Shown: in pieces, positions 1 through 10,346 of the stretch
Position numbering within the stretch: position 1 is the first letter of the stretch
Layout of the letters: each line of letters opens with the position of its first letter
DNA from: a virus
DNA length: 64,000 nucleotides
IMG/VR virus record: IMGVR_UViG_3300020203_000008
Coordinates: 72,573-136,572 of that record
Reading direction: 5' to 3' (one strand)
The notes under the pieces: generated by a model
What the model was told of the DNA's origin: nothing
The model's database searches: none
Seen by the model: only the letters and a program-made list of their open reading frames with translations
Position numbers and translations under genes: made by a program

Positions 1-528
1 ACCGCTACCGCTGCAACATATAACAGCACGGTTCACCAGGGAGCGACCGTTAAGCCGGGTGCTGTTCGTGGTAAGGACGTATGTGTTTACGTTTCTGATG
101 GTGCAGCCACTCCGACTCTCCTTCGTTGGACTGGTATTCAGACCTTTGAAGCAACTCGATCGGTGAACCTTGAGGCAGATGAGGAACTCTGTAACACCCA
201 CTACGTGTCTTATGACTACGACATAGCTGAGGTTAAGGGAACCATCGGTCTTAAGCCATTCAATTACACCGATCTGTTTGACAAGATCGCACAGGTTTCT
301 AATGTGAGTACCAGTGTTATTGCTGGTCCATATTCTTCGGCTGCCCTTGAGATTCTCGTGAAGATCAAGGATCCGGACACTGGTGTAACCCTGAAGACTA
401 TCGATATCCCGGACGCTAGGTTCACGCTCCCGGCCATTCAGCCTCGGGCTAATACCAAGCTAGAGACTACCTTCAATTGGGAGTCTGACTCTGGAACGAT
501 GTACGTATACAGGGGTGACAAGCCCTGA
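1..528 (+). CDS. Major tail (tube) protein, C-terminal part (5' truncated by window)
   Basis: Frame 1 is open from base 1 to TGA 528; lies directly upstream of tail chaperone and tape measure; beta-rich tube-like sequence. Confidence 0.7.
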   Translation, partial: TATAATYNSTVHQGATVKPGAVRGKDVCVYVSDGAATPTLLRWTGIQTFEATRSVNLEADEELCNTHYVSYDYDIAEVKGTIGLKPFNYTDLFDKIAQVSNVSTSVIAGPYSSAALEILVKIKDPDTGVTLKTIDIPDARFTLPAIQPRANTKLETTFNWESDSGTMYVYRGDKP

Positions 529-606
529 TAATTGATCTACTTCGGTAGATAGCTGGTAGAATAAGTGGGTTCATCCGAATCCGCGTGGACTGTGGACGAG
601 GGAAGG

Positions 607-628
607 TGGGGGGCTTCGGCCCCTCACT
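607..628 (+). terminator. GC-rich cUUCGg hairpin after major tail gene (terminator/attenuator-like)
   Basis: GTGGGGGGC-TTCG-GCCCCTCAC stem-loop; a second ATCTAC-TTCG-GTAGAT hairpin at 535-550; no clear U tract. Confidence 0.45.
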
Positions 629-650
629 CAACCTCATTTAAAGGAGCAAC

Positions 651-1475
651 ATGGCTAAGAGTCGTCAGCTAAGTGACCTATATGTGAGGGGAAAGTCTGT
701 CACCATCGATGATGGCGAAGGTACTCCCGTAGAGGTTTATATTCGTAAGCTTAATCCCATGGAGCACGAGAAGGCTCTCCGTAAGAGTAATGCTGCTCGT
801 GCTCGCGTCATGGCAGCCGTCAAGGACCCGGATGGCGACGAATACCTCCAGGTCCAGGGTGATGTTTATGACATGGTACCAACCCAGATTGTCAACTACC
901 TCGTTGAAGAAGGTCTAGATGACACTCGTCTAGTTGCCGAGGCCGAGGAAGAGAACGAGAAGGAATGGAGTGAGGAGGATTACCTCCAGGGTCTTAGGGA
1001 TTCTTGGAATGATGTCCTGAGTGGACGCTTACAAGAAGATCCTGAGGATGCAGAAGCTCTGAGGGTTCTCAAAGAGCTTGAGCGGTTTACTACGAAGGTG
1101 GATAAGCGGATTGAGAAGGAACGAGAGAATCTCCGTTCCGAGCTAGAGCTTCATTCTATCGAGGCCCTTCGGGAAAAGACCGTCGAGACCTTCCTGAAAA
1201 CCCGAGCAAACCTTCTTTGGCTTTCCGAGTTCCGTCGTGCTCAGCTTTGGCTGGCAGTTCGTCAGGTTAATGATCACAAGGCTTACTACTTCACCTCTCG
1301 TGATGAGGTAGATGAGCTTCCAGAAGAAGTGCTCACAATTCTAGTTCGTTCATATGCTGAACTAGAGGTGGACACTCTTGAGGGAAAAGACTCGGAGGAG
1401 ATCCCGGATTCCTCACCCTCGCCCGAGCAGGGGCCAGTAGCGGAAACGGTAGTCTCCTCTTCCCTCTCGGAGTAA
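651..1475 (+). CDS. Tail assembly chaperone (gpG-like)
   Basis: Strong RBS AAGGAG; acidic helical protein between major tail and tape measure; slippery G GGA AAA at 1382-1388. Confidence 0.8.
   Translation: MAKSRQLSDLYVRGKSVTIDDGEGTPVEVYIRKLNPMEHEKALRKSNAARARVMAAVKDPDGDEYLQVQGDVYDMVPTQIVNYLVEEGLDDTRLVAEAEEENEKEWSEEDYLQGLRDSWNDVLSGRLQEDPEDAEALRVLKELERFTTKVDKRIEKERENLRSELELHSIEALREKTVETFLKTRANLLWLSEFRRAQLWLAVRQVNDHKAYYFTSRDEVDELPEEVLTILVRSYAELEVDTLEGKDSEEIPDSSPSPEQGPVAETVVSSSLSE
1382..1388 (+). other. Programmed -1 ribosomal frameshift site GGGAAAA
   Basis: X XXY YYZ heptamer in correct phase (GAG GGA AAA); -1 frame is open from 1388 through the 1490-1732 ORF. Confidence 0.85.
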
Positions 1476-1732
1476 CAAGTATAGAGGATGTGCCTTGGGA
1501 TTTAATGAAGGCCATTGAGCATGCTTACAGGGTTAATAGTTGGTTTGAACACCTCCTTCCGGAAGAGCAACCCCCGGAGTGGATGTGGCCATACGAGAGC
1601 CAGCTAACTCCATGGTTCGAAGAGGTCGAAAGCAATCGGAAGCAGAAGTATAATGGCGACAGTGGCAGTAGTAGTGGGGGCGACGAAGAAGTTCCTCTAA
1701 TGGACAATGAGTTGGCTCGCGATAGGCGTTAA
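1388..1732 (+). CDS. Tail assembly chaperone frameshift extension (gpGT-like)
   Basis: -1 frame continuous from the slippery site to TAA 1732, 5 nt before tape measure start. Confidence 0.8.
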   Translation, partial: RLGGDPGFLTLARAGASSGNGSLLFPLGVTSIEDVPWDLMKAIEHAYRVNSWFEHLLPEEQPPEWMWPYESQLTPWFEEVESNRKQKYNGDSGSSSGGDEEVPLMDNELARDRR

Positions 1733-1737
1733 GGTGC

Positions 1738-4700
1738 ATGGCTGATAACAATTTCGAATTTGGATTTACGTTCGACTGGTCTCAGCCAGAGCGCTCTACC
1801 GAACAGTTTATCCAAAAGGTCCGACGCGAGCTACAGCGTCTAAATCAGCTCTCTGTCTCGGGTGGTTCTCCGCTTAAGGGGGTTGAGGCTCTAGACTCGT
1901 CTACAAAAAAGCTGCTAGAGAGTGGAAGGCGCGCGAGCAGCTCTGCTACCGGATCTTCTCCTGCGGGTAAGCTGAATGAACAAGAAAAGGCGCGGGCTAG
2001 CGGCTTATCGGCCGAAACCAAAGCTCAGGGTCAGGCTGTTGAGGCGGTCAATGAGCGCCGTAGAGCCATTGATGCTCAAACTCGTCAGGCTGCACTCTTT
2101 ACCAAACAAGACGCAGCAAATCTTCAGCAACTCAAGCGAGTCAGAACCCAGAATGCTCTCACTAGTGAGGGCGCTGTTACTGCCGGTGATAATAAGGCAG
2201 CAGGGGAACTCGTTGCCGCTAAGCGTCGTAGAGCCACAGCAGAACAACAGGCTGCTGAGAATGCAGTAAATCCTGGTGACATTAGGGCTAATGCTGAGCT
2301 AGCTTCTTCTAAGCGTCGTCGTGCTCTGCGTGAGAACCTTGCGGCTGAGCGCACTTATACACCTGCTGAAATCCAGGCAACTGGTGATCTCGTTGCGGCT
2401 AAGCGTCGTCGCGTTACGAAGGAACAACAGGCTGCTGAGGGGGCTATTACTCCACAGGATAGGCAGGCAAGTGCCAATCTAGCGGCCATCAAGCAACGGC
2501 GTGTCGCACAGGAACGTGCGATTACAACTCGTCAGACGGCTAGTGATCAGGAACTTTTACGAGCTAATGCCGAATCTGTTGTCAATTCTCGTTTGCGTTC
2601 GGCTCGTGAGAAGTCGTTTGTTAATGAGGCTGCTCTTGGCAAGGGTCCAAATGCTGGAACTGCTGCTACTGCTGCGAAGCTTGATGCAGAGAATGCAGTA
2701 AATTCGAAGCGAATCCGCGCCCAGCAGCAGGCTCTTGAAGAAAAGGCTATTGCGAGCGGTCCTGGTGGTAGGACCGGGTTCGTAAATGAGCAGGCCGGAG
2801 CACGATCAAGTCAGGCTCTCCTTAATGCACAAATCAGAGCCGAGGCTACGCGTAGGCAGGCAGCTAGTTCTGAATATACTTCGGCGGTTGCTTCCACCGC
2901 CATCTCTCAGCGTCGTCTGAAGGCCAAGGTAGATGAGCAAGTAGCGAAGGCAGTTGTTGGAGATAGCGCGACCCTGCAACGCGAAGCAAATGCTGCTGTA
3001 GCTAAGAAAACTGCTGCAAACATTAAGTCTGCCAAAGTAGCGGAAAAGATTCTTGCTAATCAGTCAGGTGAGCTTGACGAGATTGTTCGTGCCAAGGTCG
3101 CTAATAAGCGACTCACTGCTGCTATTCAAGCTCGTGTTAATGCGGAATTGAAGGCTGCCCAGAACACTAATACGGCACCCGGCTCGGCTCAGGGTGGCGG
3201 AACCTTGTTCCAGCGTCTCCAATCACGCTTTGCTCAGCGAGGTAGTGGGCAGGGGGGGCAGGATCTACGTGCTCCTGAAGAGTTCCAGCGTCTCGGTCAG
3301 TTCGTTGGATCTAAGGCTCTTACTACCGGAGCTTTCGCCTTCTCGGGTGCAGCTCTCTTCGGTGTAGTGAATACAATCCAGGCTGCGGTTGAAGAGGCAA
3401 ACAAGTTCCAGGTGGTTATGGTTTCCGTGGAACAGCAGTTGATTTCCACAGATCAGGCTGGTCAACTACCACAGTTCCGTAAGGCTATTATAGACATCTC
3501 TAATGAGACGGGGGTTGCAGCCTCCGAGGTTGGTTCCGTTGCATTCCAGTTGAGGGGTGCATTCGGAGACACGGCTAAATCAGTCGCGGAGGCTAGCGCA
3601 GCGATTAAGCTCTCTGTCGTTTCTGGTCTATCGGTAGGAGATATTACTGATAGCCTTACCGCTACTGCATTGTCCTACAAGACTTCGATTAATTCGATTG
3701 GTGACTCAGCCCTTGGTATTCAGGAGCGTACCGGTGTGCTCGCTAAGGAGACCATCCGATTTGTGGCCGATATTGCTCCGGTGGCTAAGCAGGTAGGTCT
3801 TAGCCTCAAAGAGATCACGGCTATTGGTGCGGTTGCTCAGCAGCAGAGTGGTCGTGGTGGTGCTGCATTAGCTGAAGCCTTTGGTCGTATCCTTCCGGAG
3901 GTTCAGAAGAGTGGGTCAGCAATCCTTGAGTTGTATAACTCCACGCCTGCTCTGGCTGGACGTGTTGGCCAAATAGGTAATGCTCTGTCTCAAGGTAATA
4001 CGGGGACTGTACTTAAGGCTCTTATTGATGATTATGGCAAGCTTGATAGAACTACACAGAACTATGTCGTTACTCTACTCGGTGGTCGTCGTGAAGCTGC
4101 TTCTCTTATCCCGGTCCTCCGGAATGCCAGTAAAGTAAACCAACTGATTGCCCAATCGTCTACTGATGCAGGTAAGACGCAGGAGTATTTTGCTAGGGTT
4201 CAGAGAACCCTTTCGACTGAGGTTCAGCGCATCACTCGTGAGTTCCAGAACTTCATCGGAACGCTACTGCGTGCGGGCCTTTCGGACATCTTGAGGGATG
4301 TCCTCATCGTGGGAGGGCTTCTTCTCCGTGTTATCGGTGGGCTGGCCCGTACCTTCCAGTCCCTTAATGAGGTTCTTGGTGGCTTCCCGGTAAAGATTCT
4401 CGCCGGAGCGGCAGCAATGGCTTTGCTTCTTAAGAGTGCAAGAGCTTTGGGTGGACTAAACCTTGTTCAGTCTCTCGGTGGATTCTTTGGAATAGGTTCT
4501 CGGGCTGGTGGCCTAGGTGGAGTCCGAGGAATTGCCGGTCGTGTCGGTAACTTCTTTGGAGCTTCTTCTAATGCTGCACAATCTCAGCGTGCTGCTGCTC
4601 AGTCTGCTTCTGCGGCTCGGGGTACCCAGTTCTCTTCGCTGCTCGGACTCAATCAGGGTGGACTTCAACAGGCTCCGTTAGGTGGCCGACTTGGTGGGAT

Positions 4701-7179
4701 AAACCAATTTGTTCGCGGTCAGTCCAACTTCTTCAATCGAAGTAGTGGATTTGCTAACACAGTCGGTGCTGGTCTTGCTTTCGCTGGTGTTAATGTCCTC
4801 TTGGATTCTCGCACTAAGTACCAATCTGAAGCCTTGGACTGGGCGAACCGGATTCGAAGTGCCGATGAAGATGCTGTTGACAAGATTATTGCCAAGTACA
4901 ATAAGCAACAAGCCCCGACAAATACTCTCAAGGACAGTATCAGCGGCAAACTCAATGGACTCCTCCCTGTCGGTGGAGCGCTTCAGGGTCTTGCTGCATT
5001 CCTTACTAACGAGGAGTTCCGGGGTGAAGTAACAACCTTCTTTAGTGGGGGAAAGACCAAGGACGACGTTGTTGAAGATTCTCTCCAGCAAAGACGTGCA
5101 GCCAACAATACCGTTCCTCTCTTAGAAGCATTCAAGAGTGAGTATAAGAAGAGGAATACTGCAAGAATTGTTAAGTTCAAGGAGGTTGTTGATTTTCTAC
5201 AGAGCGGTCAGTTCGGTGAGGGTAAGATTCTTGAGATCTTCAAGGAGCCGGAAGCGGCAGCTAAGCTCACCGGCAAGCAAGCAGCGAAGCAGATTCAAGC
5301 TGTTATAGACTTCTTGGGTGACGGTTCAGATGATGCTGCCAATCAGATCGTTGAAAATTATATCCAGATTCTACAGAGCAACCCGGCTACTCCTAAGAGG
5401 CTCTTGAAGAATGTTGTTGCCGCGCTTCGTGATTCCCAGAAAAAAGCTTCAGATCAAGCTGGACCGACTGGCGCTGATCGCGAGACTCTTGATACATCCA
5501 AGGCTCTTTTTGAGGCTGGAGATAAGCCTCTTAATGAATACATCAAGTCCCTTGATTCTTTTATCTCGGCGCTTAAGACTATAAAAGATCCTAGTGATGA
5601 TCAAAAGAAGGACCTTGCCCAGAAGCAGAAGGAGGCTAGGGACGCCCTAACGACTGCGGCGAAGGAACAGAACGATCTCATCAAGTTTGTGGATGAACTT
5701 CGTGCTGGCGAAGCTCGTCCAATTGACCAGCTAAATGCAGCGAGAGGACTACTAAATAATCCCAATCTTACGGCAGAGGGTCAGGTTGAAGCGGCTAAGG
5801 GAGTTCTCTCTGCCCAGCAGGATGTGTTCCTCCAAGCTGTTACTTCTTCGGGCAAAGGCATCGGTAGCGTTATTGCTGATCTACAGGCCGGATTTAAGCC
5901 TGACGCCAAGGCACTTGCAGTCATTCGGAAGCGAGTAGCTGACCTTAATGCTCGTGGTATCAACGTCAGTGTTGATGATATTGTTGCTGGTCAGGCCAAG
6001 GGTGCCCGTGAGGAAGTAAACAAGCTTCTTGATCTTCAGGGTCGTCAGTCTGCCGTGGCGATTGGACCTAATGCTGTCAACCAGGCAGCCCTGTCTCTGC
6101 GTACCGCTCAGGCGAAGCTTAAGAATGCTGCTCCAGGTACAAGTACAATTGAAGCACAGACGGTTGTCCTTGAAGCCCAGAAGGGCTTGAATGATGCTAT
6201 TAGGACTCAGGCTCGGGCCGTTGAAGATGGTTACCAGGCACTCTCTCGGGCCTCGCTTGGGAATCAGAATCCTATTGCCCAGGCCAGGTTCGATATCGCT
6301 GGCGCTGATATCGCCACCCGTCGCGCCTACGAGGACCAGGATCCAGGTGCCCTAATCCAGGCGCTGGCTACTCGTCGCCAGGCTGGGGTTGCCCTCTTGA
6401 AGGCGCAACAGGACATTGACGACGCTTATAGGGAACTTCTCAAGAGTCAGACGAACGATCCAATTAAGCAGGCTTACTCAGATATTGTTGCAGCCAGTGT
6501 TGCTTTCGACAGAGCTAATGCTCAGAACGACCAGGCCGCTGCCTTCCGGGCCTTGGCCCAAAGGAATGAAGCCATCAAGGCAGGGCTTGCTAGCATTAGT
6601 GACCTGTACTCTTCCATTAATGAGTTTGCTACATCCCTCGCCAACTTTAAGGGCGATGCGGTGTCGGCTGCCGAGATCAGTGTCACTGAGGCTACTAGGA
6701 AGCTCCAGGAAGCCGTCAGTCAGGATGCTGGTCAGGCTTCTATTAATCGGGCTCGGGCGGCCCTACAGGATGCTCAGGGGGGTCTCCGGGATTCCAAGCT
6801 GAACAAGCAGTTGGACGATATCGACTTTGCTTTGGAGCTATCCAAGATCTCTGTTAATCAGGCCATTCAGCAGTTAACTGCTCTCCTCCAGATTCCTAAT
6901 CTAACAGAGGAGCAGACTCGTGGAATTCTGCGTAAGATCAACTCCCTGAAGCAGGGACTGAGCCAGGATCTCCAGTTTAATCTGCCAACTGAATTGAAGT
7001 TGCCTACCCTCTACGAGTCTCGCCGCTTGAACCAGAGCAATGGGGCTTACCAGGATAATCGAGTTATATCTATTCAGTTGTCTCCGAATACTCCGACAGA
7101 TCTTAATGCGGCAGTACAGCAGATTGTGGATGCCGTGAATCAGCCTCCTGTACTCGGATCAAGACCTAGGATTTATTGA
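1738..7179 (+). CDS. Tape measure protein
   Basis: 1813 aa, Ala/Gln-rich helical; TP901-like core at about aa 550-830; hydrophobic Gly-rich segment; follows chaperone. Confidence 0.92.
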   Translation: MADNNFEFGFTFDWSQPERSTEQFIQKVRRELQRLNQLSVSGGSPLKGVEALDSSTKKLLESGRRASSSATGSSPAGKLNEQEKARASGLSAETKAQGQAVEAVNERRRAIDAQTRQAALFTKQDAANLQQLKRVRTQNALTSEGAVTAGDNKAAGELVAAKRRRATAEQQAAENAVNPGDIRANAELASSKRRRALRENLAAERTYTPAEIQATGDLVAAKRRRVTKEQQAAEGAITPQDRQASANLAAIKQRRVAQERAITTRQTASDQELLRANAESVVNSRLRSAREKSFVNEAALGKGPNAGTAATAAKLDAENAVNSKRIRAQQQALEEKAIASGPGGRTGFVNEQAGARSSQALLNAQIRAEATRRQAASSEYTSAVASTAISQRRLKAKVDEQVAKAVVGDSATLQREANAAVAKKTAANIKSAKVAEKILANQSGELDEIVRAKVANKRLTAAIQARVNAELKAAQNTNTAPGSAQGGGTLFQRLQSRFAQRGSGQGGQDLRAPEEFQRLGQFVGSKALTTGAFAFSGAALFGVVNTIQAAVEEANKFQVVMVSVEQQLISTDQAGQLPQFRKAIIDISNETGVAASEVGSVAFQLRGAFGDTAKSVAEASAAIKLSVVSGLSVGDITDSLTATALSYKTSINSIGDSALGIQERTGVLAKETIRFVADIAPVAKQVGLSLKEITAIGAVAQQQSGRGGAALAEAFGRILPEVQKSGSAILELYNSTPALAGRVGQIGNALSQGNTGTVLKALIDDYGKLDRTTQNYVVTLLGGRREAASLIPVLRNASKVNQLIAQSSTDAGKTQEYFARVQRTLSTEVQRITREFQNFIGTLLRAGLSDILRDVLIVGGLLLRVIGGLARTFQSLNEVLGGFPVKILAGAAAMALLLKSARALGGLNLVQSLGGFFGIGSRAGGLGGVRGIAGRVGNFFGASSNAAQSQRAAAQSASAARGTQFSSLLGLNQGGLQQAPLGGRLGGINQFVRGQSNFFNRSSGFANTVGAGLAFAGVNVLLDSRTKYQSEALDWANRIRSADEDAVDKIIAKYNKQQAPTNTLKDSISGKLNGLLPVGGALQGLAAFLTNEEFRGEVTTFFSGGKTKDDVVEDSLQQRRAANNTVPLLEAFKSEYKKRNTARIVKFKEVVDFLQSGQFGEGKILEIFKEPEAAAKLTGKQAAKQIQAVIDFLGDGSDDAANQIVENYIQILQSNPATPKRLLKNVVAALRDSQKKASDQAGPTGADRETLDTSKALFEAGDKPLNEYIKSLDSFISALKTIKDPSDDQKKDLAQKQKEARDALTTAAKEQNDLIKFVDELRAGEARPIDQLNAARGLLNNPNLTAEGQVEAAKGVLSAQQDVFLQAVTSSGKGIGSVIADLQAGFKPDAKALAVIRKRVADLNARGINVSVDDIVAGQAKGAREEVNKLLDLQGRQSAVAIGPNAVNQAALSLRTAQAKLKNAAPGTSTIEAQTVVLEAQKGLNDAIRTQARAVEDGYQALSRASLGNQNPIAQARFDIAGADIATRRAYEDQDPGALIQALATRRQAGVALLKAQQDIDDAYRELLKSQTNDPIKQAYSDIVAASVAFDRANAQNDQAAAFRALAQRNEAIKAGLASISDLYSSINEFATSLANFKGDAVSAAEISVTEATRKLQEAVSQDAGQASINRARAALQDAQGGLRDSKLNKQLDDIDFALELSKISVNQAIQQLTALLQIPNLTEEQTRGILRKINSLKQGLSQDLQFNLPTELKLPTLYESRRLNQSNGAYQDNRVISIQLSPNTPTDLNAAVQQIVDAVNQPPVLGSRPRIY

Positions 7180-7180
7180 C

Positions 7181-7582
7181 ATGGCTGCTGTAGTAAGGTG
7201 GAAGTTCGATGATCTCACGACGTTGGCTACTTATACGTTCGAGATAAACCCTGCTTCGGGTGGATCTCCCTCTTTCGAAAAGAACCTCGTTTATGAGAAT
7301 ACTCTTGCTCCTAATGGTCATGCTCTGATTTATGAAGGCCAAGATCCGGTACGTGAACTGACCTGGGAGGGAGTTATTCTCACTCAGACTCATTATCAGA
7401 CCTATGTTGATTGGTGGGACAAGCGACATCAGATCAAATTGACAGACGATCTGGGTAGACAGTACGTCATTTATATTAAGAGTTTTCAGCCCAAGAGAGA
7501 GAGAGCTGTGCATTATCCTTGGAAGCACAGCTATACTGTCACTGCTGTTATTCTTGATTGGCTCAGTGAGCCTACGATATGA
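7181..7582 (+). CDS. Distal tail / minor tail protein
   Basis: 133 aa immediately after TMP; Dit-like beta pattern (TFEINP, LTWEG, LTDDLGR). Confidence 0.65.
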   Translation: MAAVVRWKFDDLTTLATYTFEINPASGGSPSFEKNLVYENTLAPNGHALIYEGQDPVRELTWEGVILTQTHYQTYVDWWDKRHQIKLTDDLGRQYVIYIKSFQPKRERAVHYPWKHSYTVTAVILDWLSEPTI

Positions 7583-7588
7583 GGATCA

Positions 7589-10201
7589 ATGCGTTTAGTA
7601 CCGACTGATTTTTGGAGGCTTTGGTCACAAGGTGGGCCTTTCATCGGTGATGCTGGGGCTCCTCATGCCCGTGTCACCGTGGAACCTAGCTATAGGCTTC
7701 GGGAATCGGCTACTACTGCTGTTGGTAGTTTTGCTAGGGGTCCTATCCGTTGGTTTCAACGTCAAGATAATAGTCAAACTGAGTTTGAGGTTCCTAATAT
7801 TCAGAGTATCCAAACTGAACGCAGTTTGGATGCTGATGCTGCATCATGTAACATTACATTGAAGAACCAGTGGATGAGAATTAATACCGACGCCATCTCT
7901 CCTGATGACGGAGAGTTGGGACAACCCGGTTATTTTACCTTCTCGCGTGGTGAATCTCCCGATGCTCAAGCTCGATGGGGTCATGAGACCATTGGAGACA
8001 CTACCTTATGGTATGAGACTGCATATCCTGATAGTTCATGGACTATAGGTCATGTTATTGGGAGTTCTGCGGTTAACTCTCCACCGAATTGGCCGGATGC
8101 CATTACCTCTATCATCTGGGATTCAAGAGGTACGGCTATTGCTGCCCCGCCAGGACAACTGTTTTGGCGATACCATTTTACATTGGCTTCGCCTAAGACT
8201 GTGCGGTTTTATGCCGCAGTTGATGATTACATGAAGCTGTATGTTGATGGAGAATTGAAAGTCAGTGAAATTGAAGGTCATAATGTAGTGACGGGTGGAG
8301 GCGGTTTGAGTATATCAACAGTTGTTGATATGTCTTTGGCTGCTGGAAGTCATTGTATTGCTATCCAGGGAGTTAACCATAATCAATATCCTGATTATGG
8401 TAATCCAGGTGCCCTTCTATTCGTTATGTATGAACGCATAGGGACTACCTTGGGTCCACGTATGTTCGGTACTGATGATGTAGCGAATTGGAAACTTCTA
8501 CCTTATCAGGCAACCGAACCTCCTCCTGTTATCTCTGGTTGGAATGAGATCCTCGTTCCAAATGCTTTGATTCGCACATATCAAGGCTATGGTGGAAAAG
8601 ATAAATCAATAGCCCAAGCATTAACTGATGGAAATATCATTCTTACAGGTGTTTGGCTGGTAGATTCTGTTAGGATCAATGCATCGGATAACTCGATAAC
8701 CCTTGCTTGCAGGGATATGGCAAAGCTGCTTATCGAGCAACAGGTTTATCCACCGTTAGTGCCGCTAATCTATTATCCTCTTCGTTATGCGCGCTATATT
8801 CTTGGGGCCGAATTCACACCCGACAATGCTCCGCAGTTCTATGATCTTAAAGTAAAGCTGAAGAGCAGCAATTATATACAGGCTAGTTCTGATGCTATAG
8901 CGGGACCTAATGGTCCGATTCATGGGCATGTTCCTTATGATTCTGATACGTCAAGGTTTGGGTCTCCCGGTTATGAGGGTGGTCGGGGTATAGATCCTAA
9001 TAAGTATTGGCTTTCAGAGGGTTATTCCAGTGCCAATCCTGCTACTGGTCCGTGGTTTGAGGTGCTGTGCAGGGAGGATATAGATGCTGTTTATGTCCGT
9101 CCTTGGGCTGGAAATTATCAATGTTTTGTATCGGTATTTGAAGTTGATGCTACTAGCTTCACAGATATTGGTGCCGGAATGGTTGACGGGATACCCTATG
9201 TGGCGCAGTTTGGGACTCCTTGGGAGACCCAAGCCTGGTATCGTTTAGGTCGAGTATATCGGCCTAATGTTATTAGATTTACTTTTAAGAATCTAGTACC
9301 AAGTCCCTGGGATGCACCAAATAATTACCGTGTAGGTATCCGTGGATTTGCCGTTGCCCTTTCTGATGATGCTATTGCAAATTCCAAGCGTGATGGAAAC
9401 TACAAAGACTATTCTGATATCGTTAAGGACTTGTTGTTGTGGGGAGGATTTTGGTTCTATAATCCAGTTCTTGCTAACAATGAAAGACCTCCCGTATATG
9501 GAAGTATCGAATCTACGGGAGCTTGGGCTGATGATGTTATTCCAGAGGATAACTTTGATAAACGTCCATTGATTGATGGCATCAATTTTTTCAAGGAAAT
9601 TGTCGGTTATGTCTTTAATGTAGATGAGACGGGTGCTGCCAATTTTCGTTCACCAAACTGGTGGTCTTTGGGTAATTTCTTTGAGGATGGAACTCGTACC
9701 AATTTTATGCCGGAGATTGACGAACGGCTTCAGTTGACGAATTATACGATTGAAGTATCGGACAAAGCGGCACGTTCCGAGATAATCATTGGTACTGCCG
9801 ATCCAACGGCAGGTTTTCAGGATACGATTACCTCGCGCTATGTACCCCCTAATCAGGATCTCCTCAAGGGCATGGTCCGTCCAGCCATGTGGAACAATGG
9901 GGTATTCACCAACAAGGCTGAGCAGGAAATTATGGCTCGACTGATTGCCCTGCATTCCTGGTTTGCTCAGCGCCAAGGATCTGTTACTTGTGTGGCTAAT
10001 CCAGCCATACAAATTGATGATCAGGTGAGGATATATGAGCGTCAGACTGGCGAGACTTACGTACATTATGTGCGGGGTATAAGCACCCAGTTCGACGTTG
10101 AACAGGGTAACTACACGATGACGCTTACGACGAACTGGTTGGGTGAACGAGATAACTGGGCTATTCAGCTAAGCGATTCAGCAACGACTTTTGGAGATTA
10201 A
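7589..10201 (+). CDS. Minor tail / baseplate hub protein with inserted carbohydrate-binding (PA14-like) domain
   Basis: Hub-like N- and C-termini (NPAIQIDDQVRI, YVRGIST); internal VDDYMKLYVDG...LAAGSHCIAI segment typical of PA14/galactose-binding folds. Confidence 0.7.
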   Translation: MRLVPTDFWRLWSQGGPFIGDAGAPHARVTVEPSYRLRESATTAVGSFARGPIRWFQRQDNSQTEFEVPNIQSIQTERSLDADAASCNITLKNQWMRINTDAISPDDGELGQPGYFTFSRGESPDAQARWGHETIGDTTLWYETAYPDSSWTIGHVIGSSAVNSPPNWPDAITSIIWDSRGTAIAAPPGQLFWRYHFTLASPKTVRFYAAVDDYMKLYVDGELKVSEIEGHNVVTGGGGLSISTVVDMSLAAGSHCIAIQGVNHNQYPDYGNPGALLFVMYERIGTTLGPRMFGTDDVANWKLLPYQATEPPPVISGWNEILVPNALIRTYQGYGGKDKSIAQALTDGNIILTGVWLVDSVRINASDNSITLACRDMAKLLIEQQVYPPLVPLIYYPLRYARYILGAEFTPDNAPQFYDLKVKLKSSNYIQASSDAIAGPNGPIHGHVPYDSDTSRFGSPGYEGGRGIDPNKYWLSEGYSSANPATGPWFEVLCREDIDAVYVRPWAGNYQCFVSVFEVDATSFTDIGAGMVDGIPYVAQFGTPWETQAWYRLGRVYRPNVIRFTFKNLVPSPWDAPNNYRVGIRGFAVALSDDAIANSKRDGNYKDYSDIVKDLLLWGGFWFYNPVLANNERPPVYGSIESTGAWADDVIPEDNFDKRPLIDGINFFKEIVGYVFNVDETGAANFRSPNWWSLGNFFEDGTRTNFMPEIDERLQLTNYTIEVSDKAARSEIIIGTADPTAGFQDTITSRYVPPNQDLLKGMVRPAMWNNGVFTNKAEQEIMARLIALHSWFAQRQGSVTCVANPAIQIDDQVRIYERQTGETYVHYVRGISTQFDVEQGNYTMTLTTNWLGERDNWAIQLSDSATTFGD

Positions 10202-10202
10202 T

Positions 10203-10346
10203 ATGGCACACGAACAGAGACCAGTATTTATTGTTGACGATATCCTACGTGGTTATCTTATGCGTTGTGAGTCAAAGTCTGTTACCGTAGCGCGTTTGGA
10301 TGGGATCTTGAACCGCGTTGCGAAGGGAACAGTGGTAGCAGGCTAA
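10203..10346 (+). CDS. Small hypothetical protein (47 aa)
   Basis: Not in ORF track; ATG 10203 with GGAG RBS; TAATG coupling to the next gene fills the gap exactly. Confidence 0.6.
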   Translation: MAHEQRPVFIVDDILRGYLMRCESKSVTVARLDGILNRVAKGTVVAG

